In this document: one piece after another, positions 27,014 to 40,015 of the stretch
How the letters are laid out: every line of letters begins with the position of its first letter
How positions within the stretch are numbered: the stretch's first letter is position 1
Assembly (NCBI RefSeq): GCF_040938485.1
Contig: NW_027271330.1
Location: 434,001-498,000 of the forward strand
Direction of reading: 5' to 3'
Length of the DNA: 64,000 nucleotides
From: Diadema antillarum
Taxonomy: Eukaryota
The notes under the pieces: generated by a model
What the model was told of the DNA's origin: nothing
What the model saw: the letters and a program-made list of their open reading frames with translations, nothing else
Databases searched by the model: none
Position numbers and translations under genes: made by a program

Positions 27014-29987
27014 TTAACAACGAAATGTGTCAAATATCTCAGCCTTAAGGTGCAGACGAAAGGATACGACCAAAAGGCCTCCTCACTTCTTGCTAAGATT
27101 TATTACTGAGAGGAGAAGAAAAAATCTTCCTTCATAGCTCCGTGGATTTATGCATGTTGCATGTTTCAACTCTGACCTCATGAACTTGCCTCATGACGTC
27201 ACGGAGCTCTGGATATATTTACCTCAGTTCCAACCCTTTGCCCTCGAAGAGTAACGCGCGCCGCGCCGCTGAGCATTCGTCTCGCAGGCGGGTAAAAGTT
27301 GGCGATAGTGTAAATTCAATTTACCTTAATTGTACAATGAAGGTAAAACTAATTTATGAGTATGATTTCTCATCATCAACAATTTAGTATGCTGTATAAT
27401 AGCTCTATTACAATACAGATTTCCTTTAAACACAGAGGAGGGGGGGGGGGGGTTCCCAGAGAAGTGTAAAATACAAGATTTGACAATATTTAAATCAAAC
27501 ACTGTGCCATTTACTGACCACTGAACTTGCGACGTACATCTCAACATTTCATTACGTTGTAAAGTTCAGAAAGAGTGCTTGTACGTGTTTAATACAACCT
27601 TTAAATACATATCGTACACAAAGGGCCTTCGTAAAGTGAAATAGGAATGGAACACTGTCTAAATTGCAATGTTATTGGTAAACATCGGAATACATCTTAT
27701 TCCTGAAGCACCCCACCCCACCCCGCTCTGCCATCCTTTGAAATATGTCATTTTCAGAATTCAGTAAGTATCCCTTAAGTAGGGCGGATTGAATTCATTT
27801 CTCATTCATCATGATGGGGGTATCATCATCCTGGCCCCTTACAACGTCTGACCAGTGGTCAATTTTACCTGCCGGGTTACATACGACCATCTTCGTATAG
27901 GATTGGTCCTATATGGACACTGAGGTCAGCTTGTGGTGATGTACGCCAGAAGGCATCTAGAGTTTTACACATTTCGGCTATTCATTGAAGTCAAAGATGT
28001 TTCCTCTTGGAGAAGATGATGCACATTGGAGTAGCGTGTTGTGGTTTGACGCTTAGACACACGTCATGTTGCCGTCAACTGTTGTCACTGGAGAAAAAAA
28101 GAAACAGCAAAAGAAGCAACTGAGAATAACAAGACAAAGAAACAACAATACTCTTGTCTTTTTAAAACCGATTCACATTCCACAGTCCGAATACATCTTC
28201 ATTCTTTGTGAGTGACTATTGTTTGCCTTTTCCCCCAAAACGTCTAACTCCTTGAACAACTAGCCAAACTTTCACTATTTGAAAGAGAAGAGGCAAAGGT
28301 TGTAGTGGTCTGACGTAAACACTAGATGGTCAGCAAACAGATGGACAATACCGGACAGTAGTTCTGGACATTGTATTTGCACTAGCTAAAATGTGGCGAG
28401 GCGATTTCCGGAGGAGCTCAAATTTGCTTTTCTTCTCTCTCTAGACTCTTTCTCGTCCTGTGCAAGGACAGTTTGGGGTTATTCGGGGCAAGGAAGTGGA
28501 CAATTAGTCAAAATCCAAAAAAGTTCTGAATTATATCCAGTCTACACTTTCTGTTTAATTGAAGAAAACACTGATCATTGATTGTTGACATTAAAGCTGC
28601 TATTGCCTCAATTACGACTACTTCTGCTATTCCCCAGTGATAATGGAATTTTTGAATACTATTGATGATTATGATAATACGGACACGGCGATGGTGATGA
28701 TTGTGATATTGATATTGATAATCGCGTACCTGCTAACTATTAAATGTTTTATCTCTTGCATGGAAAGGACGGAGTTTCATTCAACCTTGCATGTGCTATT
28801 TTTGTTAACACCTGCTGCTAGTAATGCAACGAAGATAGGTGAAAATTTCTGTATTTGCATTGTTTTTCTTGAAGTTATTCCCATATTTCCTTGGTTTTAT
28901 GGTTGGCAGAGGTAATTGTAATGGTTATGTTATAATAAAGAAACGGAATATTAATGATATGAAAGCATGGTGCCAGTATATCTATGAATATGATGTAGGC
29001 CTTAAAGCGAAAAGAGGAGCCTTCTGGTCTAAATATGTCATGGTCTGTAGTTTACAAGTCAATTCTACATCCAGATAGATTTTATTACCAAAAATGTTGT
29101 TTCGAGGTTTTTTATTTGTTTTTGTTTTTTCAGTCATAGGGGAAGATTCTCGAACCTGAGTCATCAGCGATGCGTAAAGTGCCTCTTTAGACGAGTGTAG
29201 TTTTCGTTTAAAACTGGAATTTGTTTCAAAGGGCAAGTTGGTTGACTTGAAAAATATAAAATCATAGAAATAGATCAGAGAAAGCGTCATTGAGAAGACG
29301 AGAAATTAATCTATAAATGTTTCTGTAACAGTGGTATAAACAGAAAGAACCATGATATCAAGAACACCTGTTGCGTTACCCACATTTATAGAACGTCGAA
29401 AACAAACAAATGAATAAAATGCAAGTGACGTCACTGCCACGTGACCATGTCGAATTTCTCTAAACCAATTCAGTCTATCAATCTTGTTTGATGTTTGTTT
29501 GTTTATTTTTTGTTTTGCCATCTGTACAAGATGGCCGAATACCCAAAACTAAGTTACAGTAGCTGGTCTTTCGTGGGGTCAAGGTGCGAGTATTTGGGAC
29601 GGACCACTTCATCGGGTTATCAGGTGGTTGTGCAGTCTGCTCTTTGCGACGAAAGAATATGAGGCGGGATCTTTTATTACGTGCAAAATTTGTGACTCTG
29701 TCACACACGGGACCTCCATTTTATGTCCTATCCGAGGGCCATAGTATTTTGCCTCTAGTAGAGGGGACGGTATGATAACATACAACATTGCTCAGTGAGA
29801 CTCCGTGATGGGATTCGGACCTCCGCCCCAATCCGATAGTTAAAGACACAGTTGCATTGGGTAGCATGGGGTAACATGGTCCGTTTTTTTTTTTTTTTTT
29901 TTTTTTGCTATGGGGTTCCAAAAGAAAGAAACCATGCCTGGTTCGTAAAAAAAAACAACAACAACAACAACAAAAACAATACCTTAA

Positions 29988-30363
29988 AGGGATGGTACAG
30001 TATTGGTGGAGATGAAAATTTTAACGTTTTGCGAGATACCAAGAAAACGCTTATGATATAGTACAGAGCATACCATTTTAAGAGGAATTCAAAGTTTATT
30101 TGATGAACATCGGGTGTGAAATGACTGAAACATCTAAAAACAAAGTAAAACGAAGCGATCGTAATAAAGTGTAGGTCCCACACTTTATTGGAATCGCTCT
30201 ATTTTGGACATCTCAGCCATTTTAAAGCCAGTTTTCATCAAATAAACGTTGAATTCCTCATAGAATTACATGCTCTTTCATATTTCATATGTGGTTCCTC
30301 ATGATCTCATAAAATAATGTTAGAAACCTCAAATTAGGTCTCTACCAAAACTATACAATCCCT
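29988..30363 (+). mobile_element. Kolobok-like MITE, family B, full-length copy
   Basis: TTAA on both sides; colinear and highly similar to 8515-8896. Confidence 0.88.
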
Positions 30364-32701
30364 TTAAAAGCATCAAAATCACTAGCTGAAGATTTATTTT
30401 GTTACAAAGTCATTAGTGCGGAAATGATATTGTAACAGAACCAGACATGGTTTCTTTGGCGTACCATAGCAAAAAAAAAAAACAAACAAACAAACAAACA
30501 AACAAAAAAACAAACAAACAAAAACAAAAACAAAAACGGACAGTTGCCGTTACGGTGTTCGGTGTGCCGAGACCTTTTACAGACGGAAAACCCACATTCG
30601 GCATCCTCAACATTGTATGCTATATCATGATAATCATACGCGATACGCGATACGCGAAGAGGAACATCGTCTGATACATCCGTACCCCCTCAAGCCTATT
30701 CGAGGATTATGATTTTTGTTTTGTGTATGGTTGTTCAATGTTTTTCCACATGCAGTCCGTGATCAGACGATCATACGTATCACGCAACAGCCATTCCTTT
30801 CGCCTCCGGGCTACGAGGTTGTGTGGAGCCTAGATTCAATTATGGCAGCCCGCAGCGCGCAGTATGACTCGCCTTAGACTGTTATTGTAGCGAGACGCAG
30901 TATGTATTATAACTGTGGTAACATTCAACAATGTGTAGCACCTGTGTTCGATACAGGAGCACGTACGCGCGCACGGTGGTCCGCCGTCAAACTAGTTTTC
31001 TCGTCCAGGCTCTTTTATGCCAAAATCGGAAAAAAAGAAAGAAATATCGCATTTTTCTGTAATACTATAGGCCCTATTTATAAAGAAAAAAAACAGTTAA
31101 AAGCAGATTATCTTGTTGTTGTTTCTTATAAATATAATGGACAATTGTTATGTGTTCTACATTTTTGAAAAAAAAAAGAGAGAAAAGATTATAACTGAAA
31201 TATAAAAATGAAAGTGTAATGAAAGATACTTCGGAGTTTCCGGCACCCTAGAAAGAAGATTTTCGCAGTTGCACTTGCAAAAGTACATGGCTGCTATAAT
31301 ACCTCGCAGAAATGAGGGGCAATACACTTCAAACGACGTGACTTGAGTCTAGCGGTCGAGTGGGGTCTACGCCACCTGTTGCACGGCTATACCAATTGAC
31401 ACTATCACCCCTTGTCCAATGTGTTTAATGCGTTGTCGAGATGGGTAAGCCAGAAACAGCAGCGGAGCGGTGGAAATGTGGTATTTCGGAATTTCGGAAG
31501 CTTAAAGCGACATTCAACTCCTGTGATGTTTCAATTATTTGTTTGAAGTAAACATGGTAAACAAAGTGAGGTGCAGCAAATTTGGTGGAAGAAAGCGTCA
31601 TCAAATCAGAAACAAATAAACAGATAATATGAGCTTCAACCAGTTATGCAGATTATGTATACCGATGATGTCATTGCCTGACTATTTTTCTTTTATTCAA
31701 GCAAAGGTAGAACCACTTAAGATCATATTATTTTTTGTCGCACTTTGTGCGACTACAAGGAACTCAGCAAAAAATATTTATCTTTCATAGCCAGGTGCCT
31801 CCGAAATCAGTCATCTTCACTTTAAGTCAAACGTAATGTAAAAGTGTGTTTCAAAGTCTTTGGGGAACTTGTAAGCTATGGCATCATAATCATCTATTTT
31901 TTTTTTCATACTGTGATTGCAACGACTGTCATCGTTTCGTAGGATTGCTATTTTCAAAATTTGAAATCCCTTTCTCATTTTATGTCCCAATCCCATTTGC
32001 ATACTACAAATGTATATGGAACTTTACCACACTGTGTCATTTAACTACTCGGAGATGTTTTTTTGACTGTAATGCATGTTCGTTTGTTTGTTTGTTTGTT
32101 TTTAATTCATGGTGACGTATAACAGGAAGGTAATTTGAATATCCTTCTAGGATCATGCAAACCTAGATCGCAAAAGAAGGAAAAAATGCAGGTAGCACGT
32201 TGCAACAGGTATCCAAAAATGACACTCGCATTGGCAAGGTGAACACTCCTATTTTGAGCTTGCTGTGTAGTTCATCAACCACACATTAAACCGTGAATTT
32301 GACTTTGTGAATACGTACCGTCGGGTTCATGCGATCATGGGTAAATAGTTGGAAACATGGATGTTGGCCGAAAGAACGTGCTCCCGCAAAGTTCTGGAAA
32401 ACGAGAAGGAAGTTTGCACCCCCCCCCCCCCCCCCCCCGTTTGTTTGCGTCTTTCACTACAGTGGAAACTCGGTATAACGAGATTCTTGGGACCAAGACA
32501 ATTATTGTTCTCTACATCAGATATTTTGTTATATCAGTTGTAGTCAATAAATCAATACAAAACGAAGGAAATAAATTCCTTGGGACCGACCGGAGAAATT
32601 CGTTTGTTATATCAGGGCCCCGTTTTATCAAAAGATAAAATCGATTTTAACTTTCGTTACCACACAGGCTGCCATAGACTTACAGTTGAAATCAACTATA
32701 T

Positions 32702-33386
32702 GTGACCGTGCATCACAGCACGAACAAAAAGTTGCACCCCTTGACTTTACGTGAGGACTCAAAAAAGGTGAAATGGGTCAACCGAGTCAATATTGAGTTT
32801 TTCATATTTTCAGGAAGAGTTATCCTTCTACATTATTCTTTAATTTGGGGTCATAACATTGATGATAAAGTGTGTTTTCAGCAGTTTCTCTACGACCCTG
32901 TAATTTGGGAGAATAGAAAGATCAGGTATGTCTTAGAGTCCCCTTTTCATTTCTTGAAATGCTTCACTTTTTCACTTTTAAGTCTAATAACCTTTGAAAG
33001 GATTACGCTACTGCACTGAAATTTGGCATTAATCACGAACAAAATATGTGTTATAATAGAACATATGCTTAATTTCAGCTTAATCTGATAATCCCTCCAT
33101 TGTTGTTGCTCTGGTGGTTTACATCCTGTTTTTTGTCCCTTTCAACGCACAGCTATAGCGGCTTAATTGGTAAAGATTAAACGCTTGAATAGACCCTGTA
33201 CTTCAGAGCCTCTTTTCTCAGTTCACACTTTTCCAGTCTAGAGTGTGTGCTTTCTTTCCACATTAGATAGGTTAGGGGAGTCCATTTGAATTGAGTTATA
33301 CATCATTTTAAAGCTTAGAGTCTGCTCCTTGAGAATCTGCCCTTAACATAAAATCTATGTCTGTTGGTTTTGTGATGCAGGGTCAC
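32702..33386. mobile_element. Family C copy 2 (Sola-like non-autonomous element)
   Basis: TIR GTGACCGTGCATCAC / GTGATGCAGGGTCAC with flanks ATAT and ATAA. About 685 bp, with an interior colinear with 7530-8219. Confidence 0.75.
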
Positions 33387-33830
33387 ATAATCAATTCTAA
33401 CTCTTCATAAAACATGGCCCTGGTATTTTGTCATATCTGATCTCTTTATATCGAGTTTCTACTGTACTTGGTGAGCGCCTTGCCATCGTGTACACACGTT
33501 GTCATATTGCAGGACCACCATGCGTGAGTACACGTGACCTGACTTATAGCTTACTGATACGATCAAATGATAATGCTTGATGAATTACTTATATATTGAC
33601 GTACGTCACATGGACTATCATTATATTTCACGAGAGCGTTACACTCATACACACATGACAAATGCATTTCCCCCCCCCCCCAAAAAAAAAAAAAATGCCC
33701 CGAACGCATTCATTTACTCGAATTGAAAACGAATGTTTAGCAACAAGTTGAAAACATTAATCTTCGAGTACCGTCATACCAGAGCACAGCTTTAATTCAC
33801 TTTACGTCCTCCTGCTATTGTTAGGCTTAA

Positions 33831-33990
33831 AGGGGTGATATCGTTTTGTTTGAGAGGGCGCTTTAGATTTTCACCTTTTTTTCTTGCTATAATGAGAAAC
33901 CACTAATGATAATATGTGAAATAGCATAATCATGATTTTGTAAGAAATTCAAAGTTTATTTGATGAAATACGGTTTTCAAATAGCTGTTT
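33831..33990. mobile_element. Kolobok-like MITE, family B, truncated and diverged end
   Basis: TTAA|AGGGGTGATATCGTTTTG...ataatgagaaacca...aattcaaagtttatttgatgaaa. The end coordinate is approximate. Confidence 0.55.
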
Positions 33991-34094
33991 TTTACAGAAT
34001 TTCGCAGACCTTCGTTCTTTTATATTATTATGTTTTGTTGTTTTAGAAGTACATAGACCTATTCCTCGAATTGATACCGAGAGATGCTACGCAA

Positions 34095-34262
34095 TTATTG
34101 CTCCTCATGCTAGATATCTGTTTATACACCTGTGCCGGACGGAATGATACGAACGAAGGATCATGGGGTATTGTATGCCCTTTGGAGAACGCATCTGAGG
34201 GGGTTTGAATCCGGAACCTTGCACTTTGAATCCCATCGCCCCATCCGCTCTATCACGGGTTA
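34095..34262 (-). mobile_element. tRNA-derived SINE remnant
   Basis: Minus-strand A-box-like TGATAGAGCGG (34245-34255) and B-box-like GGATTCAAACC (34202-34212), followed by gttctccaaagggca...caggtgtataaa, resembling deuterostome SINE bodies. Confidence 0.5.
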
Positions 34263-35159
34263 TCTTTCTGTCTACTTTGAGTATTTTGTTTGCAGATACA
34301 TGTATTGTAAATAAGAACAGTAGCTGCTACATGTAGGCCTATGTAGTTCTCCGGTTTGCCCATTCCTTTAGGACATGCACAGGAAGAAGCAGAAAAGGGG
34401 AAATGCCTATGCGAACACGACACGTTGTGTAAATGATCTCCGCAGACAGGCATTGGCATCAGCTTTCATCCAGCGATGACAATTAAACCATTGTCAATTC
34501 GAACAGGAACACGAGTTCCACTGTAAAATAATGTGACGAAAGTGATCATTATCTCCCCGAAGATGATATCAATTATCCCAGAAAGAAAATGGAAATCAAA
34601 ATAGCAAACTCTCAAGACGAGGAAGCGTGATATCCAGTTTGTCATAATTTATCGCTCTGATATAGTGAAATATGACTGAAAAACTAATATATCAGTTACT
34701 TTAACCACACGGAGAGAGTATGTGTTTCCTTTAACTTTTATGCAGTTGCTGTCTCTTCTTTCTTAATTCTCTACTGTACACCGTGATAGGTATATTTTTG
34801 TTTCGTCTATGAGCTTGTTTGAGTGTAGACCGTACACTCCTACACAGTTAATGATCCGACAGTAAGCTCTGCGAATGTTTGTATTCATTAATTCTCCTTC
34901 TTAGAATTCGAGGAATTTAAACACATAAGAGTTTGCGTGCTATCTTTTAAAAAGAAATTACATGACCCAAGAGGACGCCTTGTCACCTCTCGGAAGTAAA
35001 GTGCATTCAACGATATTATTATTTGTATCGTTGATGAGGGGTTTATGACTCTTTCACTAATAACATACCCGATTCATTTCCTCATCTCATGTGTCGAGAA
35101 GAAGTGAATTTGCCGCATCAAACCACATCGTTTTGAAGAGAATGACAGTCGGATGTTTA

Positions 35160-35470
35160 CAAGCGTCGCAAAGGGCCATAAATCCTGATGTTATGGCACG
35201 GTTTGTAATCGAAAGTTCCTTTTCTCCGCTTCCCGATTCGAATTGGTTAAATGGCGTGTTTTTCACTTTTATGGCCGTATCGTAAATTCCTCCCGCGGTA
35301 GCTCCTTTGATGTCTGAGCAGTATTCGTACATCTGGTATGTGTGGTGGCGTCCCACTTTCTTCTTGCCGGTGATTGTGATTACACGTCGCCATGGCAACC
35401 ACACACATGATGAAACAATGCGATTTCACCATACACAGAAACCAAGGAGGTGGCATAAACGATTCCACTT
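35160..35470. promoter_or_regulatory. Candidate intronic cis-regulatory module
   Basis: Non-repetitive, CpG-containing island with GGCCATAAA and TTTATGGCC (Cdx/posterior Hox), CCTTTGATG (TCF/LEF), GTCGCCATGGCAAC (RFX X-box) and AACAATG (Sox). Confidence 0.35.
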
Positions 35471-36926
35471 ACTGCCTATGGCCCAATCTACAGTTAATTA
35501 TGGAATAGTTATTGTCTTTGCTTTAAGAACGTTTGAATATTACCATAACAGTTGATATACTGATTATATTTCTTTCTTACTGAAGACTGGTAAATTAATG
35601 ATCAATTCCAGCAAGGGAACTTTCGATTGTAACTATGAATTTAATCAGTTAAAACGGACTACTACTTCAAACCCACACTATAGTGGTCACACACGTGTTG
35701 TTAATCGACAGTGAAATGATAGCAAAACAAACAAAAACAAAAACAAACAAGCAGGCAAAGAGACAATCAAACAGACAGACAAAACAAACCGCCCAGAGTG
35801 TGTTATCCCTGACCCACCGGTCACCCAAATGGCATGAATCTTTCAGTGAAATATTATTTTGCCAGGAAACATCCATAAGCCTGGCCAGCAATTGGGAGGC
35901 ACGTGCTCAATACATGCAGGTTATTAATTAAGTATCTGGAGCCTACACCGGACAATCATGCTGGTGACATTACGACAATATTAAAGCAAACATACCTACT
36001 TCCATATTTTTTCCCGATCTCAGCTGCATGGGCCTGCACGTTACTGGTGTTTCCTATATTGCGTAAGTTACGAGATTATAAACAAAATATTGCTCATAAA
36101 AATTTATTTTCCGTGGTTTCTTCTTAAAGACGTGACAGACTGGAAAAGTCATGTGGATGGAGCGAATTTAAATATGTGTTTCCTTCCATTTACAAAAACA
36201 AATAAATAAAGCTAGAGAGTATATGAATTATTTCGGAAAAGGTGTACATACCATAGCATTTGTTCATAAATCTATCTGAATATTGGTCAACATAATGCTA
36301 ACAAAAACTGTAGCATTCTTTCAGGATTTCCCATGCATATAATCACGTTTCCGTAACTCAGTCAGAAGTAAACCATCAATATTATGGTAAACGTTGTCTT
36401 TAATGAAAACACTTGTCGTTGGAAAAACCGGTGGAGAATTTCCCCTTCAGCTTGGAGAAGTCAGGCCCGCCGTTTGGCCCCCTTCCATAAGCCACAGACG
36501 GTGGTTATTAATTGCCAGCCGTACGTAGCGTACAGGTGCACACCAGGTACCACAGTGGGGAAAGAGTGACAATAATTAACTCATCTTATACTCTTCCGGC
36601 TCCTGAAAAAATGTTATCAATAGAGCGCGCAGCCTTCATGTGCCACCTCTGCGTCACGCCAGCCGACATGCGGATGATTCGTTGCGGGCGCTGTTACATA
36701 ATAATCTTTAAAAAAAAAAGGGGGGGGGGGCGGGGCCGGGAAATTTCTGTTGCTTGTAATGAATTGCTCCCGGTGAGTAAAAATGTCATCATTATCACGA
36801 GTGTCGCCCAGACTAATCCTATACGGCTCCTTGCTTGTGGCTGCGGCTTTGCTAATTACATACTCTATTGTCTCTGTTTTGCTTTGTTTTGCCCTGTTTT
36901 GGGGGTGGCGAAGTAAGAGATTTGTT

Positions 36927-36966
<40 letters not shown>

Positions 36967-38760
36967 TACATTATAAACATTACGTGGATGTCAAGTGTCT
37001 CCTTAAATGCGAAAGTTTACAATTATTGCTTGGGCTCTTTGCATTGCTCTGAGAGCCATCCCTCCGCGGAAGCAAACTGATGAAAAATCATGTCTATGTC
37101 GAATGCATGGAGACATTCCAATGATAAATCGCTACACGTGCACTACAGTATCAAATTGAGAGAAAAATACATTTGTTTTTGTTTTTGTTTGTTTGTTTGT
37201 TTGTTTTGTTTTGTTTTTTTAACGAGGGAATTGTATACGGTTTTGGTGCAGCAGTTGTGGAAATTTCAACGTATCCCGGAAATGAAACAATCGTCATGGT
37301 GTTCGAAATTGAAATGATTTTGTGCAAACGTCTTACTCTGGGCGAAGGCCGTAAAAGAAGATTGGATGAATCTGAAACATTTACATGTAGGTCCTATCTA
37401 GTTTATGTTCTTTTCACAAGTCGTAATTATTAATAAGAAACTCTTCTTTCCCATAATTAGGTGTGTTTCACATGTACATGTGAGACACACTCTTCAAATG
37501 AGCGGATTAAGAGTTCTGATAAATCAACAAATTCGATAAGAATGCGTCGAACGAATCAATTGTTATATCACGATTATTCCCACAGACTTTCAAATATAAC
37601 GTTGATTCTTTCCGTAGACTCTCACCCAAATGTTGGAAACAAGACGGAGATAATAATCAATTAATATACTGCTATGAATAGAATGGATCAAATGAAAACT
37701 CTATAATATATTCTCAACTTCTGTCGATAGCATACCTTTAAGCTGTGTGCAACATTAAATACATTTTCATATTCTTTCTTATATATCCATCCACGTCCGT
37801 GGGTAAAGGCACGGCCACCACACACGTTATCAATAAAAAATCGAAGATAAATTTTGGACGTGGCATTTCAGTATTTATCTCTAGATGTTTTATAACCCAA
37901 GCAAACGAGCTCGTATCCCGGTCGTCAACACGCTACTATCACTTCAACGATAAGAACAATAAAAAAGATGTGTAACTCTCCGTTTGTTTTTATACTCATC
38001 GGATCGGTTGCAAAGGAAAACGACATATATGTGTGTATATATAAATAATATATCAACCCCAATGTTGTGCCCACCGACTTTTATTGGCAGTTTGCGTGAT
38101 GTGATGCTACGTAACCAGTTCACTTTGATGAGTGCTCGTGAATGTTTCTGACCATTATATTCCTAAGAAAAAAGAAGAAGATGATGATTCAATATTATAA
38201 TAAGGACTCAAGATATATGAATAGAGGCGTGGGAGGAACTGCAATAAACATACATACTTAAAGGATTACAAATTCACTTATGACAACTTGCATCATATGA
38301 ATTTTACTAGTTATATGAGCTGCATCCTTGCTTCGTATAGTAAACTTTAAAAGAATTAAGTGCGCAAGCTATAAGTCATTCAAAATTATAATGTGAGTTA
38401 CGAATGTATTTAGATTGACGATCGCATGTTCTATAGTGTGTTGTCTCGCATCCCGTATGGAACAATAATCTCATGACATCTCGTGATATTGTACTGATGC
38501 TTGTATAGAAATGTCAGATGCATGTTGATTATTAATAACATGCAATATTTTGCCAGTCACTTCTTTCTGTGTGTCAAAGTTGAGCAGTGCTGCTAGCTAA
38601 TTCCGCTTGAAGCATTTTTTGTGTGTGTTTCTCTTGATTGATAAAAAGCCACAGTATTTGTAAAGCCCTTATATCTTGAAAGCGTCTCTATAAGTGTTGT
38701 TCCACTGTCTCTGCATGTGCACCCCCTTCCCGTTTCTTGGGGCAACCAGTCTCACAATAT

Positions 38761-39007
38761 GAGGAGTTTATTTGCAAAAGGGGCTAGATCCACTTTAGGT
38801 ACTTTAGAGAAAAACTGGTTTCTTTGTGAGAACTTGTACACAAGTGTATGGAAAATCAAAATCTAATTTTGCTATAATTTCCATTCAAATGTTTGTCTGG
38901 AGTTGACATTTTCACTGTAACTAACTCAAATGGAATTCTGTGCAGTGATGCTAATAACTCAATTTTGATCAAAACTGGATCTAACCCCTTATGCAAATGA
39001 GCTCTTC
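38761..39007. mobile_element. Small MITE with ATAT target duplication (Sola-like)
   Basis: ATAT|GAGGAGTTTATTTGCAAAAGGGGCTAGATCCA...TGGATCTAACCCCTTATGCAAATGAGCTCTTC|ATAT: ~32-bp TIRs with about 5 mismatches. Confidence 0.72.
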
Positions 39008-39980
39008 ATATGTGGAGGATTCAGAGTAAGACTAGCGCATGACCAACTTTTACTCACAAAAACGTATGAATCACAAGAGTTTGGACTCTTTGACTACCCG
39101 ATGTTCGGTTTGTTTACCAGATGTTTACAGGACTCTAGCCTGGATTAACCTCCTCACAAATAATTGTCTTGCTTTATTTATCTCGTTGTCTTCTCCCCCA
39201 CCTTGTCTTGCACTTGAACCTCGCGCCCTCGACCCCGAAAGCAATTCGACCTGAAAGGTCAAAGGTTAACAAGACCACACTTTTCAACCCCATCTAACCC
39301 CTATAGCCTTCGAATAGTAGACATGGATCATGGGAATGTGAAAAAACTCCGATGTAGATGGGGACGAGCATGAATATTATCAACACAGTTTCGATCTGTC
39401 GAAATCAATTTCGTGAAAAATTCACACACCTTCGACTGTGAAAACCATTCGCTTCACATCCGCCTCACAAGAAATAGTATGTATTTACACGATTTCTCAA
39501 AAGGGCCGCACTTCTTAGCGCATTCTTCTATTACTCGTGAGGAATGTGTTGAGACTTTTTTTTTTCATGAGCAGGGGACTGCGTGAGAAAGACTAACGTG
39601 ATCGTTTCGGATGTACCTCGAGCGCACTGCTGTGTGTGAAGTGTTTATGTCTGGACCGAGCGCATCTGTTTGTATAAGGCACGACACCAGTGTTTCTTTG
39701 AGCTGTCTTCCTGAGGCCCTACGGAAAAATAGTTCATATTTATACAACAATTTCCAAACCGCTAGGGACAAAAATATATCGCACAACGATGCTCAGACGG
39801 ACAATAATGTACCCATGGGACGTATTTCCTCCTTGTTCGAGATGATTCCACTTGTGTCCGTTTGAGACGTTCCATTGTTGCACTGCCATGTCATATTTCG
39901 CGATATTTACTGTACATATGCCGAAAGACATGATACTGCGTTTCATTTGTATACAAGTTCAACTTCGAGAGATGGAGACT

Positions 39981-40015
<35 letters not shown>

